64,000 nucleotides of DNA from a virus. A program made the position numbers and the translations under genes. Below are positions 1 through 9,057 of this stretch, in pieces (position 1 is the stretch's first letter; each line of letters starts with the position of its first letter). Location: positions 1-64,000 of IMG/VR virus record IMGVR_UViG_3300015370_000011. One strand, given 5' to 3'. A model generated the notes under the pieces. It had not been told where the DNA came from, did no database searches, and saw nothing but the letters and a program-made list of their open reading frames with translations.

Positions 1-231
1 CCAGCCAACAGGGCAATTCGTGCATCCCCCCGAAGTTCCTTGCCATGATTCGAAGTGACCTATATTCTGTAGCGTGTCGCCATAAGGTTCAGCATCTAAG
101 AAATCCCAGCAGGCGACCAGGCCATCTCTAGGGTAGTTCGAGCGCTGATCAAACCGTGCTGTCGCATACTCGTTTTGTGCGAAAGCTACAGCAGAAGAAG
201 CTAATATAATTATATAAATAAACTTTTTCAT
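1..231 (-). CDS. Exported protein with signal peptide, probably LamG-like (partial, runs off the left edge)
   Basis: My translation from the ATG at 231 (ATGA overlap with the stop of 228..989): MKKFIYIILASSAVAFA|QNEYATARFDQRSNYPRDGLVACWDF. AxA cleavage site; 'GLVACWDF' resembles the start of LamG domains. Confidence 0.6.
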   Translation of the reverse strand, partial: MKKFIYIIILASSAVAFAQNEYATARFDQRSNYPRDGLVACWDFLDAEPYGDTLQNIGHFESWQGTSGGCTNCPVGW

Positions 232-989
232 TTATCAGCACCCCTTCTCCAGTCAACTATTTCTTTGCACACGTTCAAAAACTCCTTATATGTTTTATCC
301 TTCTTCATATCATTTATTCTCCATAAAACCCATTTTAGGTTAGCTTTTTCATTACTTCCATTGCGTGATTTCGGGATTTTATGATCAACAGACGCAGTGA
401 CTCCCAACGTTAATTTTTCTCCGGTGTACGCACAAGTCTCTTTTTGATCATCCCAAAGGTCTTTCAACATTTGAGCATTTTTTGTCGAATTAGTTATATT
501 GCTTGCTGTGCGCGCAAAAAAATGGTATTCACACAATAAAGCTTTTCTATTTGGTAGGTTCCCTTTCACTGAATTAATTGGAGTAATAGCACGTTTCCCG
601 CAGTAGGCACATAACCCCTTGTTTGTTCTTTTGATACGCAGTTTTATGCCGCGTTGTCTTTTAATTTCCCCACATGCAGTACAAGTCAAATTTTCATTAT
701 CACGTATACCACCACAAGTAATGCAAACACCTAATTTTTTCTTTCTATTTATAGTGCGTTGTCCATCTAGTTTACTAACATGAGTTGCACACAATCCATT
801 TTTAATACTGCGCTCATTGCAGTTGTTCACAGAACATATTTCTTTTTCTTTTAATCTATTAATTTTGGATACTTTACCGTTGTAACGCCATTGTTTGTAA
901 TGAGTATAGCAATACCCTTTTCCGTAGTGTAAGTCACTACACCCAGGAAATTTACAGCGTTTAGCTTTTTTAGTGTTAACTAGTTGCAT
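228..989 (-). CDS. Zinc-finger-repeat HNH endonuclease (paralog 1)
   Basis: Cx4C..GxCxxH twice, CxxC pairs, C-terminal CAYTG...SVDHKIP...N..WV...N HNH motif. Confidence 0.85.
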   Translation of the reverse strand: MQLVNTKKAKRCKFPGCSDLHYGKGYCYTHYKQWRYNGKVSKINRLKEKEICSVNNCNERSIKNGLCATHVSKLDGQRTINRKKKLGVCITCGGIRDNENLTCTACGEIKRQRGIKLRIKRTNKGLCAYCGKRAITPINSVKGNLPNRKALLCEYHFFARTASNITNSTKNAQMLKDLWDDQKETCAYTGEKLTLGVTASVDHKIPKSRNGSNEKANLKWVLWRINDMKKDKTYKEFLNVCKEIVDWRRGADK

Positions 990-1704
990 AGTCTACTACC
1001 TTTGCACAAAAACATAGAAATTCATCATGTGTTAAATCACTCTTCATCCAATTTATTTCACTGTCTACCCAGTGAGTGTTTTCAATGTTGTTATTACCAC
1101 CGCGCTTCTGGGGTGTTTTATGATCCAGTTCAGCGTTGCTGCCTAATATTAGTTTTCTTCTGCTATATGCACACAAACCATCCTGTTTATCAAACAAATT
1201 CTTCAACTCATCTGCAAACTTTGTTGTATTAAATACACTACTTGATAAACTTTTAAAATAATGTACTGTGCATACATAATTTTTGTTCAACTTTATATTT
1301 CCATAGCTACCACAAAACTTACAAAGATGGTTAATTCTCCTGTGGTGTATAACATTACATTTGTCATCTCTTACTCTTATTATGCATGCAAAGCAAAACG
1401 TACCTTTTCTGTCTAGCACTTTCCCGCATTTAGTACATTGTTTATTTTCTTTGCGCTTCCTGCTAAAATCCATTGCTTTATGTACTCTACAAAACCCAGA
1501 TGACTTAGCATTCCGATTACACCCGCTATGTTTACAAACTTTTCCTTTATTACTTTTTAATGCTATTTCTTTATCTATAATTTTTCCATGTTTTTTCATT
1601 TGTCTATAATGCTTACTACAATAACCACGTGCATCATGTTTAGCAGTACAGCCAACAACACTGCATACTAAGTATTTAGTAATTGATTTCAATATTTTCG
1701 CCAT
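976..1704 (-). CDS. Zinc-finger-repeat HNH endonuclease (paralog 2)
   Basis: Same architecture, CAYSR...ELDHKTP...NNIENTHWV...N. Start moved to ATG 1704 (MAKILKS, compare MVKIILK of paralog 3); the track start is 1800. Confidence 0.8.
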   Translation of the reverse strand: MAKILKSITKYLVCSVVGCTAKHDARGYCSKHYRQMKKHGKIIDKEIALKSNKGKVCKHSGCNRNAKSSGFCRVHKAMDFSRKRKENKQCTKCGKVLDRKGTFCFACIIRVRDDKCNVIHHRRINHLCKFCGSYGNIKLNKNYVCTVHYFKSLSSSVFNTTKFADELKNLFDKQDGLCAYSRRKLILGSNAELDHKTPQKRGGNNNIENTHWVDSEINWMKSDLTHDEFLCFCAKVVDYATS

Positions 1705-1810
1705 AGACGTTTTGGGGAGATTGGGCATAAGCTTTACTGGCAAGCACCCCGATAATACTGAGTAAAGCCAGTAGGAAAAGTATTCCGTTTCTGAGTTCAC
1801 GTCTAGTCAT
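1676..1810 (-). pseudogene. Orphan signal-peptide minigene (44 aa), possibly a truncated exported protein
   Basis: MTRRELRNGILFLLALLSIIGVLASKAYA|QSPQNVYGENIEINY*, preceded by purine-rich GGGGAAGG; not in the ORF track. Confidence 0.5.
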
Positions 1811-2027
1811 CGCCTTCCCCTGTATTTTCTCGGATGTCCATCAGTCGATTTCCCCAGAATGCCGTCAACCACCCGTCATGAGTAACTACCAAGTCATCAG
1901 GGTTCCCAAATTTTGCAACCTGGCCTCTAAGAAGAAATGTAGCATAGGGACGAAGCATTACTTGCCCGTTGCTTCTTTCCTGTTTGCAGCATTCACGAAG
2001 ATGCTCTAATCTGGTTTCCAGGTTCAT
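1803..2027 (-). CDS. Hypothetical protein, 74 aa
   Basis: Fills the gap between HNH genes on the operon strand; no motif recognised. Confidence 0.5.
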   Translation of the reverse strand: MNLETRLEHLRECCKQERSNGQVMLRPYATFLLRGQVAKFGNPDDLVVTHDGWLTAFWGNRLMDIRENTGEGDD

Positions 2028-2045
2028 GTTAAAACTCTCGCTTGG

Positions 2046-2840
2046 TCATGATGCGAACTCCTCTTTATTGTATCTGATGAATTCTTTACATAACGCTAAG
2101 AATTCAGCGTCTGTTCGATTTCCTTTTGAAGAGTTAAAATCCCAATGAACCCACCGGAGATTATTCTTTGTGTCTCCTCCTTTATGGTCTCTAGGGATAA
2201 TATGATCAACAGATGCAGTTGAACCCAAGACTAGTCTCCGGCCTGTACAAGCACAAAGTCCTTTTTGCTCACACCACAATTCATCAAGAATCTTCCAATT
2301 CTTGACACCGCCATGCCTGCGTGCAACCCATTTAAGATAGTGCTCCTTACACAAAGAGCGTATGCGTTGTTTGCTCCATGATTTATTTTGGTGTCCGAGA
2401 GTAACAGTTGCTTTCTGCCCACAATCCACGCAAAGACCATCCTTCAACCGCCGATTTTTTATTCGTTCTCTTTTTTGCTTGTCGCGCTGTTTGCACTGAT
2501 CACACACCACTCCATATCTTGGTTTCCGTTTACCACACCGAACACATTTATTTGCGGAGCGCCTCTTTTCATAGGCACTAGTTCTATGGTCAATCCTGTA
2601 ATGTTTTTCGCAAAGGTTTTTCGCATAACACGGTTTGTTGCAATCCTCAATCTTACAAACCGCGTCGGCATACAGACGCCGATAATGTGGTTTATTACGA
2701 TTCCTTGTTCTTGTGTCAGTACGGGTTTCAGCACGCCCATTCCTTCGCCACTGACTATAATGCCGCATACAATACCCTTTAGCTTGATGTGGCTCAGAAC
2801 AATTTTTTACTTTACACGTCTTCAAAATAATCTTTACCAT
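2046..2840 (-). CDS. Zinc-finger-repeat HNH endonuclease (paralog 3)
   Basis: CKVKNC..GYCMRHY, CKIEDC..LCEKHY, CxxC pairs, CACTG...SVDHIIP...NNLRWV...N. Confidence 0.85.
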   Translation of the reverse strand: MVKIILKTCKVKNCSEPHQAKGYCMRHYSQWRRNGRAETRTDTRTRNRNKPHYRRLYADAVCKIEDCNKPCYAKNLCEKHYRIDHRTSAYEKRRSANKCVRCGKRKPRYGVVCDQCKQRDKQKRERIKNRRLKDGLCVDCGQKATVTLGHQNKSWSKQRIRSLCKEHYLKWVARRHGGVKNWKILDELWCEQKGLCACTGRRLVLGSTASVDHIIPRDHKGGDTKNNLRWVHWDFNSSKGNRTDAEFLALCKEFIRYNKEEFAS

Positions 2841-5731
2841 TCTTTCGGCTCGATACGGAGATTTCGGATGGAACAGTGACTAAATACAGATGCAGTTCTA
2901 TCAGACCCAAACCTAATCAAGTTGTTAGTTGTATTGAAAATTGCTGTTCCGGCATTTCCGGTATAAGTAATCCCAGCGGATGACCCATTTACAGCTAAGT
3001 ACATTCTGGACAAATCCGACAAATCTATAAACGTTTTTATCTTGAACCAGTTTGAATAATTAACTACATCTACCGCTGAGTAACCAAAATGAATTCCTCC
3101 AATACTGTCAGTAAAACTCGCATAGATTCTGCCACTCGTACTAACATATAATTGAAAATTATTATTAGCAGATGATACATCACCTATTCCAATCAAATAT
3201 CTAACTAAAGATCCAATATTCGCAACCCCACTAAACTGACACTTCGCCTCAAACTCAACCGTCAATTTTGACGCAGTACAAGTGCTACAGAAAGTAGTCG
3301 GCAGCACAATGTTAGCGTTGTTGGCACCATGAGGATCTATCGTGTAGCTATCAGCGGTTCGAGTGACTTGGGTAGCAACTGCACCTGCATTGTAGATATA
3401 GGAAACCGGAAAAGTGGTTTCAGTAAGATTAGCTCCCCAGAAATGGGCGATGCCTGTAGATACTGATCGTTCCCCTGGAGTGACTATTGCTGAAATGACC
3501 CCGGTACCACCTCCAGCAGCAGTTCCGGTTATATCTACTCTTTTCCATTCAGATCCTATCTGGATATCTAAATCCGCGCCTAGACCAGCAACCCCAGCCT
3601 CCCACATTCTAACTGTGACTATATGAGATATGTCTGCTCTCGCATAAACGGACAATGTAAATTTTCTCCCCGCAAGATTCCCTAAGTTGGCTGAACTTAC
3701 TTGTCGATTGTCTGTATTTACTCCACCAGTATTATCTAGCAGGTCAGCCGTCATTGTTCCGTCTGGTGCAATGGCTACGTTTGGAGTAACAGCGCAGGTA
3801 CCAATCTGCGTCCAACTATCAAACGCCTCAGTCAACCCATGGAGTTGGATATTCTGCCCCTCAATCAGCAATCCTCCACCTTTCCCAGACACACGAGGAA
3901 TATTGGCAGCTACTTCAGCCACGGTCCCATCCGAAAAATGACTATAGGCGGTACTGGTTCTAGTGAACGCACCAATGCCGGGATTGTATTCTTGGACTAC
4001 GATGTCGTCAAACTCGACCCATTCGGTTCCGGCAATTGACCCAGCAAACAAGCCGACCATTACAGAAGTTGCTGTATGGGTTACGTCAAAAGGCTGCCAC
4101 GAAGTTGAGGTTGTCCCCATCCACAACGCCGCGAGGCCGCCAGTGATATAAGGCACGCCGGACCCAACGCCATCGCTTCTGGCCCAACCTGTGATTCTAT
4201 ATGTGGTGCCAGCAACAGTAGCATTCTGGCGAACATATGGGACATTGACTCCATCCCGCTGGATTCGCAGATGCCTCAACCCGCCGTGTTGGCCTGACGA
4301 TTGCTTAGAAAGTAGTGCGTTATTGTACGCTGTCCAGGCCGCCGTGGTCGCTTCCTCCATATCCCCATCAACGATTTTATTGGTTCTTACCGTTTCGGTT
4401 ATGTTGTTGGCAATAGCCATTAGTTTATTTCTGTCACGGTTCAACTCGTCTGGGGATAGGGCTGCGTTGTCGAGACGGTAGTATGCTGTCGCTCCATCCT
4501 GTGGATTTGCTCCACCTGAACCAGAACCAAGAGAAAATGCAATTGCTCCACCTGTTCCATAAGTAGCACAGTTTACAGGTGTACCGCATGCTCCATTTAT
4601 ACAAACTTGGGTTATGCCAGATCTTCTTATTGTTTGAATTATGTAGTATTTATCATCACTCGTATCAGTAAGTGTATAATCAACATCACAAGTAGCACCA
4701 GCCTTATTTATTCTATACCTTATTCTATTGACACCATGATCCACAAACAAATATGATCCTGTAGCTTGAAACGCCCCCTTTGACCAAATCAGTAAAGTCC
4801 CCGCCGACGCTGAATCATTTCTAGTCACAATTGTAGATGTATGATCCCGGTCAAACACATCCAATGAATCATGATCGGCTTTTGAGTAATATTGGTTCAC
4901 CCCATCGAAACTTCTCCCCACCAATCTATTCCCATCATTACCCTGTAAACTGGTAACGGCTCTCCCAGGTGCGTTGGTAGGTGCCAAGTCATGAATCGGC
5001 TTGTTGACTGTTTCAGTCTTTACATAAATGCCAGGCGACGTATCCCACCTACCTCTGGATTCTTTTACTTGCGCACCCCAGAGGTAAAGACTGGTTGTGG
5101 ATAGACCGTCGAAGGTGGTGTCCCAATCCCCTTCTGCTACGAAAACTCGAAATGTTGGTGCGGCAGTTGCCACAGCCGTAAATGAGAACGATACTCTATA
5201 CCAGTTCCCTTTTACCTTAGTTATTCTTGGATTAAAAGCAGACCCAATAGCAGTTCCGATCGTTCCATTACCGACTAAATTAAAATAATACGCCGCATTC
5301 TCAGTTATGATGTGGGGATTGATCCATGTCCTCAATCCCGGTCTAGCATAAATAGACACGACATATGTAGTTCCAGATACCAACGACACGTTAGTTTGTT
5401 GAGTAAAATGGCTATTTGCCGCCGTCCCATCTTCCAATATAGCGTCAGCATCTTTCAACCCGTTAACAGGATTCTTCACTTGGTTAGTGGAAACGGTTAC
5501 CCGAGTAAGTACCCAAGTTGTTCCAAAATCCTCACTTTGGACCAGCAGGTTGTTGCCGCTGATGTCTCTGAGATTACCTGCCCCGTCAACAGCACCGCAA
5601 TATTCAGCCACTGTGGATGACTTGGTAAGGGTATTGTCACAGAGATTTGTTACGCCAGAGAAAGATTGGCTCAAGCCTCCAGCGAAACAAGGCAACGATA
5701 TAAACAGGAGAAGGAAAACTAGTTTTTTCAT
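2834..5731 (-). CDS. Multidomain spike/fibre-like protein (head-spike-like, LamG-like and CBM-like modules) with signal peptide
   Basis: MKKLVFLLLFISLPCFA| leader; NLLVQSEDF...LYLWGAQV module; FDGVNQY...ALSPDE LamG-like segment; IVDGDME...FDDIVVQE CBM-like segment; FTRTSTA...GLLIEGQ...TRTAD module. Confidence 0.65.
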   Translation of the reverse strand: MKKLVFLLLFISLPCFAGGLSQSFSGVTNLCDNTLTKSSTVAEYCGAVDGAGNLRDISGNNLLVQSEDFGTTWVLTRVTVSTNQVKNPVNGLKDADAILEDGTAANSHFTQQTNVSLVSGTTYVVSIYARPGLRTWINPHIITENAAYYFNLVGNGTIGTAIGSAFNPRITKVKGNWYRVSFSFTAVATAAPTFRVFVAEGDWDTTFDGLSTTSLYLWGAQVKESRGRWDTSPGIYVKTETVNKPIHDLAPTNAPGRAVTSLQGNDGNRLVGRSFDGVNQYYSKADHDSLDVFDRDHTSTIVTRNDSASAGTLLIWSKGAFQATGSYLFVDHGVNRIRYRINKAGATCDVDYTLTDTSDDKYYIIQTIRRSGITQVCINGACGTPVNCATYGTGGAIAFSLGSGSGGANPQDGATAYYRLDNAALSPDELNRDRNKLMAIANNITETVRTNKIVDGDMEEATTAAWTAYNNALLSKQSSGQHGGLRHLRIQRDGVNVPYVRQNATVAGTTYRITGWARSDGVGSGVPYITGGLAALWMGTTSTSWQPFDVTHTATSVMVGLFAGSIAGTEWVEFDDIVVQEYNPGIGAFTRTSTAYSHFSDGTVAEVAANIPRVSGKGGGLLIEGQNIQLHGLTEAFDSWTQIGTCAVTPNVAIAPDGTMTADLLDNTGGVNTDNRQVSSANLGNLAGRKFTLSVYARADISHIVTVRMWEAGVAGLGADLDIQIGSEWKRVDITGTAAGGGTGVISAIVTPGERSVSTGIAHFWGANLTETTFPVSYIYNAGAVATQVTRTADSYTIDPHGANNANIVLPTTFCSTCTASKLTVEFEAKCQFSGVANIGSLVRYLIGIGDVSSANNNFQLYVSTSGRIYASFTDSIGGIHFGYSAVDVVNYSNWFKIKTFIDLSDLSRMYLAVNGSSAGITYTGNAGTAIFNTTNNLIRFGSDRTASVFSHCSIRNLRIEPKEW

Positions 5732-6480
5732 GGCTGACCCTTATCCGCATACCCACCATCCGGAACCTCGCGCCTATCTTCTGGAACATCTCTCTTGGCC
5801 TTGACGAAGTTGATATCGTCTCGACCAGCCAAGCTCATAGGAAAGTAAATCTTCTCACCGTCAATAGCGCCTGGATTTCCAACCGGAACCACACACGGTT
5901 CACTATTGCAAATTCCAGCAGTCTGCAAAATTCTGGATTTCTTCCCAATTGGTAGGTTGAGAAGTTCACGCATCGTACTTCCCCAGTACCCAGGGTAGTC
6001 AGCAATCAAACGACAGTTTTCACCACGAAGGATGGTCCACCAAGCAACCATGTCACCAATCTTTGATCCAGGCACAACCAACGGAGTCATCACCCCGAGC
6101 CAAATATCATTCAGGTGTGCATGCTCAAGTGGAAATCTAGGTGTCTCTACTCTATCCACTATCCTCACCCTTGCTTCAAACACCACGTTACAAATATCTT
6201 CAGGCGTAGTTTCTTCCTCTATCACCACTCGTCCAAGCTCGGTATCTTGGACTCTTGTTCCCGTAGGATTGTTCTTGACAACGCGGATACGCTTACCCCC
6301 GGAAGACACAATAACACGATCAGCAACCTCGTGCTCATATACAGGAATCGGTTCAACGTTCTGGATAGTTCCACCATCTACATCTCCCACAACTTCGTCG
6401 CCAGTTAGTATTACCGTAGCCCCACCCGCAATCAACAACCCAGCAATCACTGAACCAGCTATTACATTTTTACCAGTCAT
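5728..6480 (-). CDS. Membrane-anchored or exported hypothetical protein
   Basis: Likely start ATG 6480 (MTGKNVIAGSVIAGLLIAGGATVILTG, hydrophobic N-terminus); the track start 6564 overlaps the upstream gene. Confidence 0.6.
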   Translation of the reverse strand: MTGKNVIAGSVIAGLLIAGGATVILTGDEVVGDVDGGTIQNVEPIPVYEHEVADRVIVSSGGKRIRVVKNNPTGTRVQDTELGRVVIEEETTPEDICNVVFEARVRIVDRVETPRFPLEHAHLNDIWLGVMTPLVVPGSKIGDMVAWWTILRGENCRLIADYPGYWGSTMRELLNLPIGKKSRILQTAGICNSEPCVVPVGNPGAIDGEKIYFPMSLAGRDDINFVKAKRDVPEDRREVPDGGYADKGQP

Positions 6481-6496
6481 GGTAATGCCCTTTACC

Positions 6497-7441
6497 TTAT
6501 CCAGCGTTGCCAGTAATCCACGCATCCACTGTAGTATCATTAGCGGGTGCAGCCGCAGTAGCATAGACCCTTACATATCTGTAAGCATTATTAGTCACGC
6601 ACTGGACACATCCCAAACCAGTAGTGATGGCATCGCAAACAGTAGAAACGATTGAAATCCACAATGTACCATCTGGACTCACCTGAATATTAGCATCAGT
6701 CAAGGGACCACCGCCCCCGCCACCAGCATTTTTCAGATAGATACAAAAGTTTGGGTAGCTCAATACTTCTGTCGAGGCCAACACAGGCACAGCGGCGGCG
6801 GCAACAGCAGTACCCATCGTGGCAGCGGGAGTATAAACAGCGATGCTTTGCTTTTTTATTTTTCTCCAATCTTCAGAGGCACTTTCGCCCGGCCTCGTTG
6901 CCACGTCGGTAACCTCAAGCGCACCCACCGCATCGACACGAAGCATATCCAAAGTAGCGCCATCGTAAGCCATCAAAACAGAATTTGTCCACGGTGCAAC
7001 AGGTAAAGATAAATTGTCAGCGGAAGTTATACCTTGCCATCTGCGGGAAACAGAACCATCATAAAATAAGTTCAACCCCAATGTATAAGGGGCCGTAGGG
7101 GCTGCAGGTAAAGCATCACCGTATACAGCACCTAACCATCTTCTACTGTTTGTACCGTTGTAAAATGTATTAAGTGAGATTATATACGGAGCAACAGGAG
7201 CAGCGGGTAGAGCATCACCAAGGGTAGTACCGGTCCAAGGAACTGACGCTGCTCCATTATAAAAATATGTAGTAGACAAGGTTATCAAGCCGTAAACAGT
7301 GTTAGCAATGGTCGCCGCCCATTGTTCTACATCGGCTTTGTTTTGGGTATTCCTATCTCGTATTTGCGTATTACCTTGTGCCCACAATATATTTGACATA
7401 AAAAGTATACTACATATAGCCACGAATTTTACAAATTTCAT
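6497..7441 (-). CDS. Exported protein with signal peptide and ~33-aa internal repeats
   Basis: AAGGAGG SD before ATG 7441; MKFVKFVAICSILFMSNILWA|Q; repeats FYNG...W.G...GDALPAAP.APY. Confidence 0.65.
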   Translation of the reverse strand: MKFVKFVAICSILFMSNILWAQGNTQIRDRNTQNKADVEQWAATIANTVYGLITLSTTYFYNGAASVPWTGTTLGDALPAAPVAPYIISLNTFYNGTNSRRWLGAVYGDALPAAPTAPYTLGLNLFYDGSVSRRWQGITSADNLSLPVAPWTNSVLMAYDGATLDMLRVDAVGALEVTDVATRPGESASEDWRKIKKQSIAVYTPAATMGTAVAAAAVPVLASTEVLSYPNFCIYLKNAGGGGGGPLTDANIQVSPDGTLWISIVSTVCDAITTGLGCVQCVTNNAYRYVRVYATAAAPANDTTVDAWITGNAG

Positions 7442-7525
7442 CGCTCGTCCTCCTTGCAAAACTAACATCGTGTGTTCGCTTTCAACCATTCATCCGATCC
7501 GTTCCGTTCCTCAAAATCTACTCAT

Positions 7526-8227
7526 CTAGCCCAACGGTTTTATAGCTCTGCCTAAACTAGTTACAAATTGCCCACCTTCTGAGGTAGTCATGCCGTAATC
7601 AATTTCTTCCCCGGGAAACTCCTCTTTCAGTCTGTTTACCATACCTGTAGCTATACCTTGTCGTTTATATTCATCAACTACTTCAATAAACTGTATTCTT
7701 ACAGGAAAATTGTCTGCGTGTTCCCAATAAGAAAAATTCAGCTTTCCTATGACAACATCATCTGCTGTTGCATACACCACACCGAACAACTCTCCGCTGT
7801 GATAATCCAGTACAGTAAGCATGTACTCCACGTCCTGTTTTTGTGCCAATATTTTCACAGCTTCATGTTTCTCTACGAGTTCCCAGTACGGAAACAGCCG
7901 TTCCAAATTCCCTGAAGCTAATTTTAACTCATAGCCTAACATATCTATTAATTCACGTACTGCATGGTCTTTATCTGTAATTGCTTGGTGACTGAAGAAT
8001 CCGTCCTTATCATACCAACTTACTCGATAAGGGTATTGAGTAGTTGACATTTCTTCTAAGAATACACCAAAAATAGTATCTTGCGAGTTTGAGTATTCAG
8101 TACCCACTTGTAAAGTATTCTGTATTAGTTGTACAGCTTGTTCCTTTCTCCTGTGTAGATCTTGTAAAAGGGGGTTTGTAGAGTATTTTATTTTATACCC
8201 CAAAAGTTTTATAGCTTTTTCTAACAT
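7526..8227 (-). CDS. Leader-containing protein with C-terminal GNAT acetyltransferase domain
   Basis: IEVVDEYKRQGIATGM is a GNAT acetyl-CoA motif A; N-terminal MLEKAIKLLG and internal EAVKILAQ. Confidence 0.65.
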   Translation of the reverse strand: MLEKAIKLLGYKIKYSTNPLLQDLHRRKEQAVQLIQNTLQVGTEYSNSQDTIFGVFLEEMSTTQYPYRVSWYDKDGFFSHQAITDKDHAVRELIDMLGYELKLASGNLERLFPYWELVEKHEAVKILAQKQDVEYMLTVLDYHSGELFGVVYATADDVVIGKLNFSYWEHADNFPVRIQFIEVVDEYKRQGIATGMVNRLKEEFPGEEIDYGMTTSEGGQFVTSLGRAIKPLG

Positions 8228-8479
8228 CTATTCCAAAAATCCTATACCTTTGAATTTTTCAGCCATACGCATCAATGCCCACCAACCGTATCGAGCATCA
8301 AAAAATGTTTCTCCTGAGTAGTCTGGTGGTGGATTTATCAATTCCGCAGTCCATTGCATCAGGTTATCATACTTGCTTATGGCAGAAGGATATACTAAAA
8401 TCTGTGTTCCAGATGTTTGTGTATACTGTGCTAATAGTTTGATTGCAGTATTCAAATGCATTGATGGAGTAATGTACAT
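8228..8479 (-). CDS. Hypothetical protein with TAIKLLAQ leader
   Basis: AGGAG SD; TAG-ATG junction with the downstream gene. Confidence 0.55.
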   Translation of the reverse strand: MYITPSMHLNTAIKLLAQYTQTSGTQILVYPSAISKYDNLMQWTAELINPPPDYSGETFFDARYGWWALMRMAEKFKGIGFLE

Positions 8480-8497
8480 TGCGCTATGCTCTCCTGA

Positions 8498-8677
8498 TTA
8501 ATCTAATGGCCCATATTCTTCTTCTAAGGCACCTATTAATTTATCACACAAATGTTTAGTCTCAGAAGCAGCATACCATACTGTATCTTCTCCTGCCATA
8601 TCCGGTCCTTCTTGTATGACACCTTGCAAATGAATCAAAACGTCCTTTAACTCGTTTATTGTATCATGAATATTCAT
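8498..8677 (-). CDS. Small acidic hypothetical protein, 59 aa
   Basis: My translation MNIHDTINELKDVLIHLQG...EEEYGPLD*; AGGAG upstream; fills the operon gap. Confidence 0.55.
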   Translation of the reverse strand: MNIHDTINELKDVLIHLQGVIQEGPDMAGEDTVWYAASETKHLCDKLIGALEEEYGPLD

Positions 8678-8689
8678 TTCCTATTTCTC

Positions 8690-9028
8690 CTATGCGTCCT
8701 GCAGTGCGGCTACAACTTCATAATCGGTACCGGCAGCGTTGCCCAGTAGAAGTATAGAAGTAGTTATCAATTCTTCTTTCAGGCTTCCACCGGAGGGAAT
8801 TGTAACATAACTTCCACCACCATCAAAACTTACTTCTAGATCATGCTCCGCATCTTGATTTAATACGTCTACCCATTTAGTGGGGCGTGTAAATGTGACA
8901 GTAGCACCTACATTTGTGACTACCCCGCTAAATTGTTCTGGTGGTCCGAAGAGTGCATCTGCTGGAGCTGTCCCACCACCACCTCCACCTACTTTGTTAC
9001 CCCATTCGTAGTATTGAACTGGACTCAT
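8690..9028 (-). CDS. Small beta-rich protein, possibly a virion decoration protein
   Basis: AAGGAGG SD; Gly-rich N-terminus then a beta-rich domain (VSFDGG). Confidence 0.5.
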   Translation of the reverse strand: MSPVQYYEWGNKVGGGGGGTAPADALFGPPEQFSGVVTNVGATVTFTRPTKWVDVLNQDAEHDLEVSFDGGGSYVTIPSGGSLKEELITTSILLLGNAAGTDYEVVAALQDA

Positions 9029-9057
9029 TTCGGCCTCCTTACAGCGATTACCATTCT

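Noticed and set aside
228-2840. HNH genes as IscB/Cas9-like RNA-guided nucleases or intron-encoded ORFs
   Set aside because: No RuvC motifs, no non-coding space for a guide RNA or intron core, and the flanking long genes appear complete.
2834-7441. Diversity-generating retroelement targeting the spike genes
   Set aside because: No reverse transcriptase, and I found no TR/VR repeat pair in the window.
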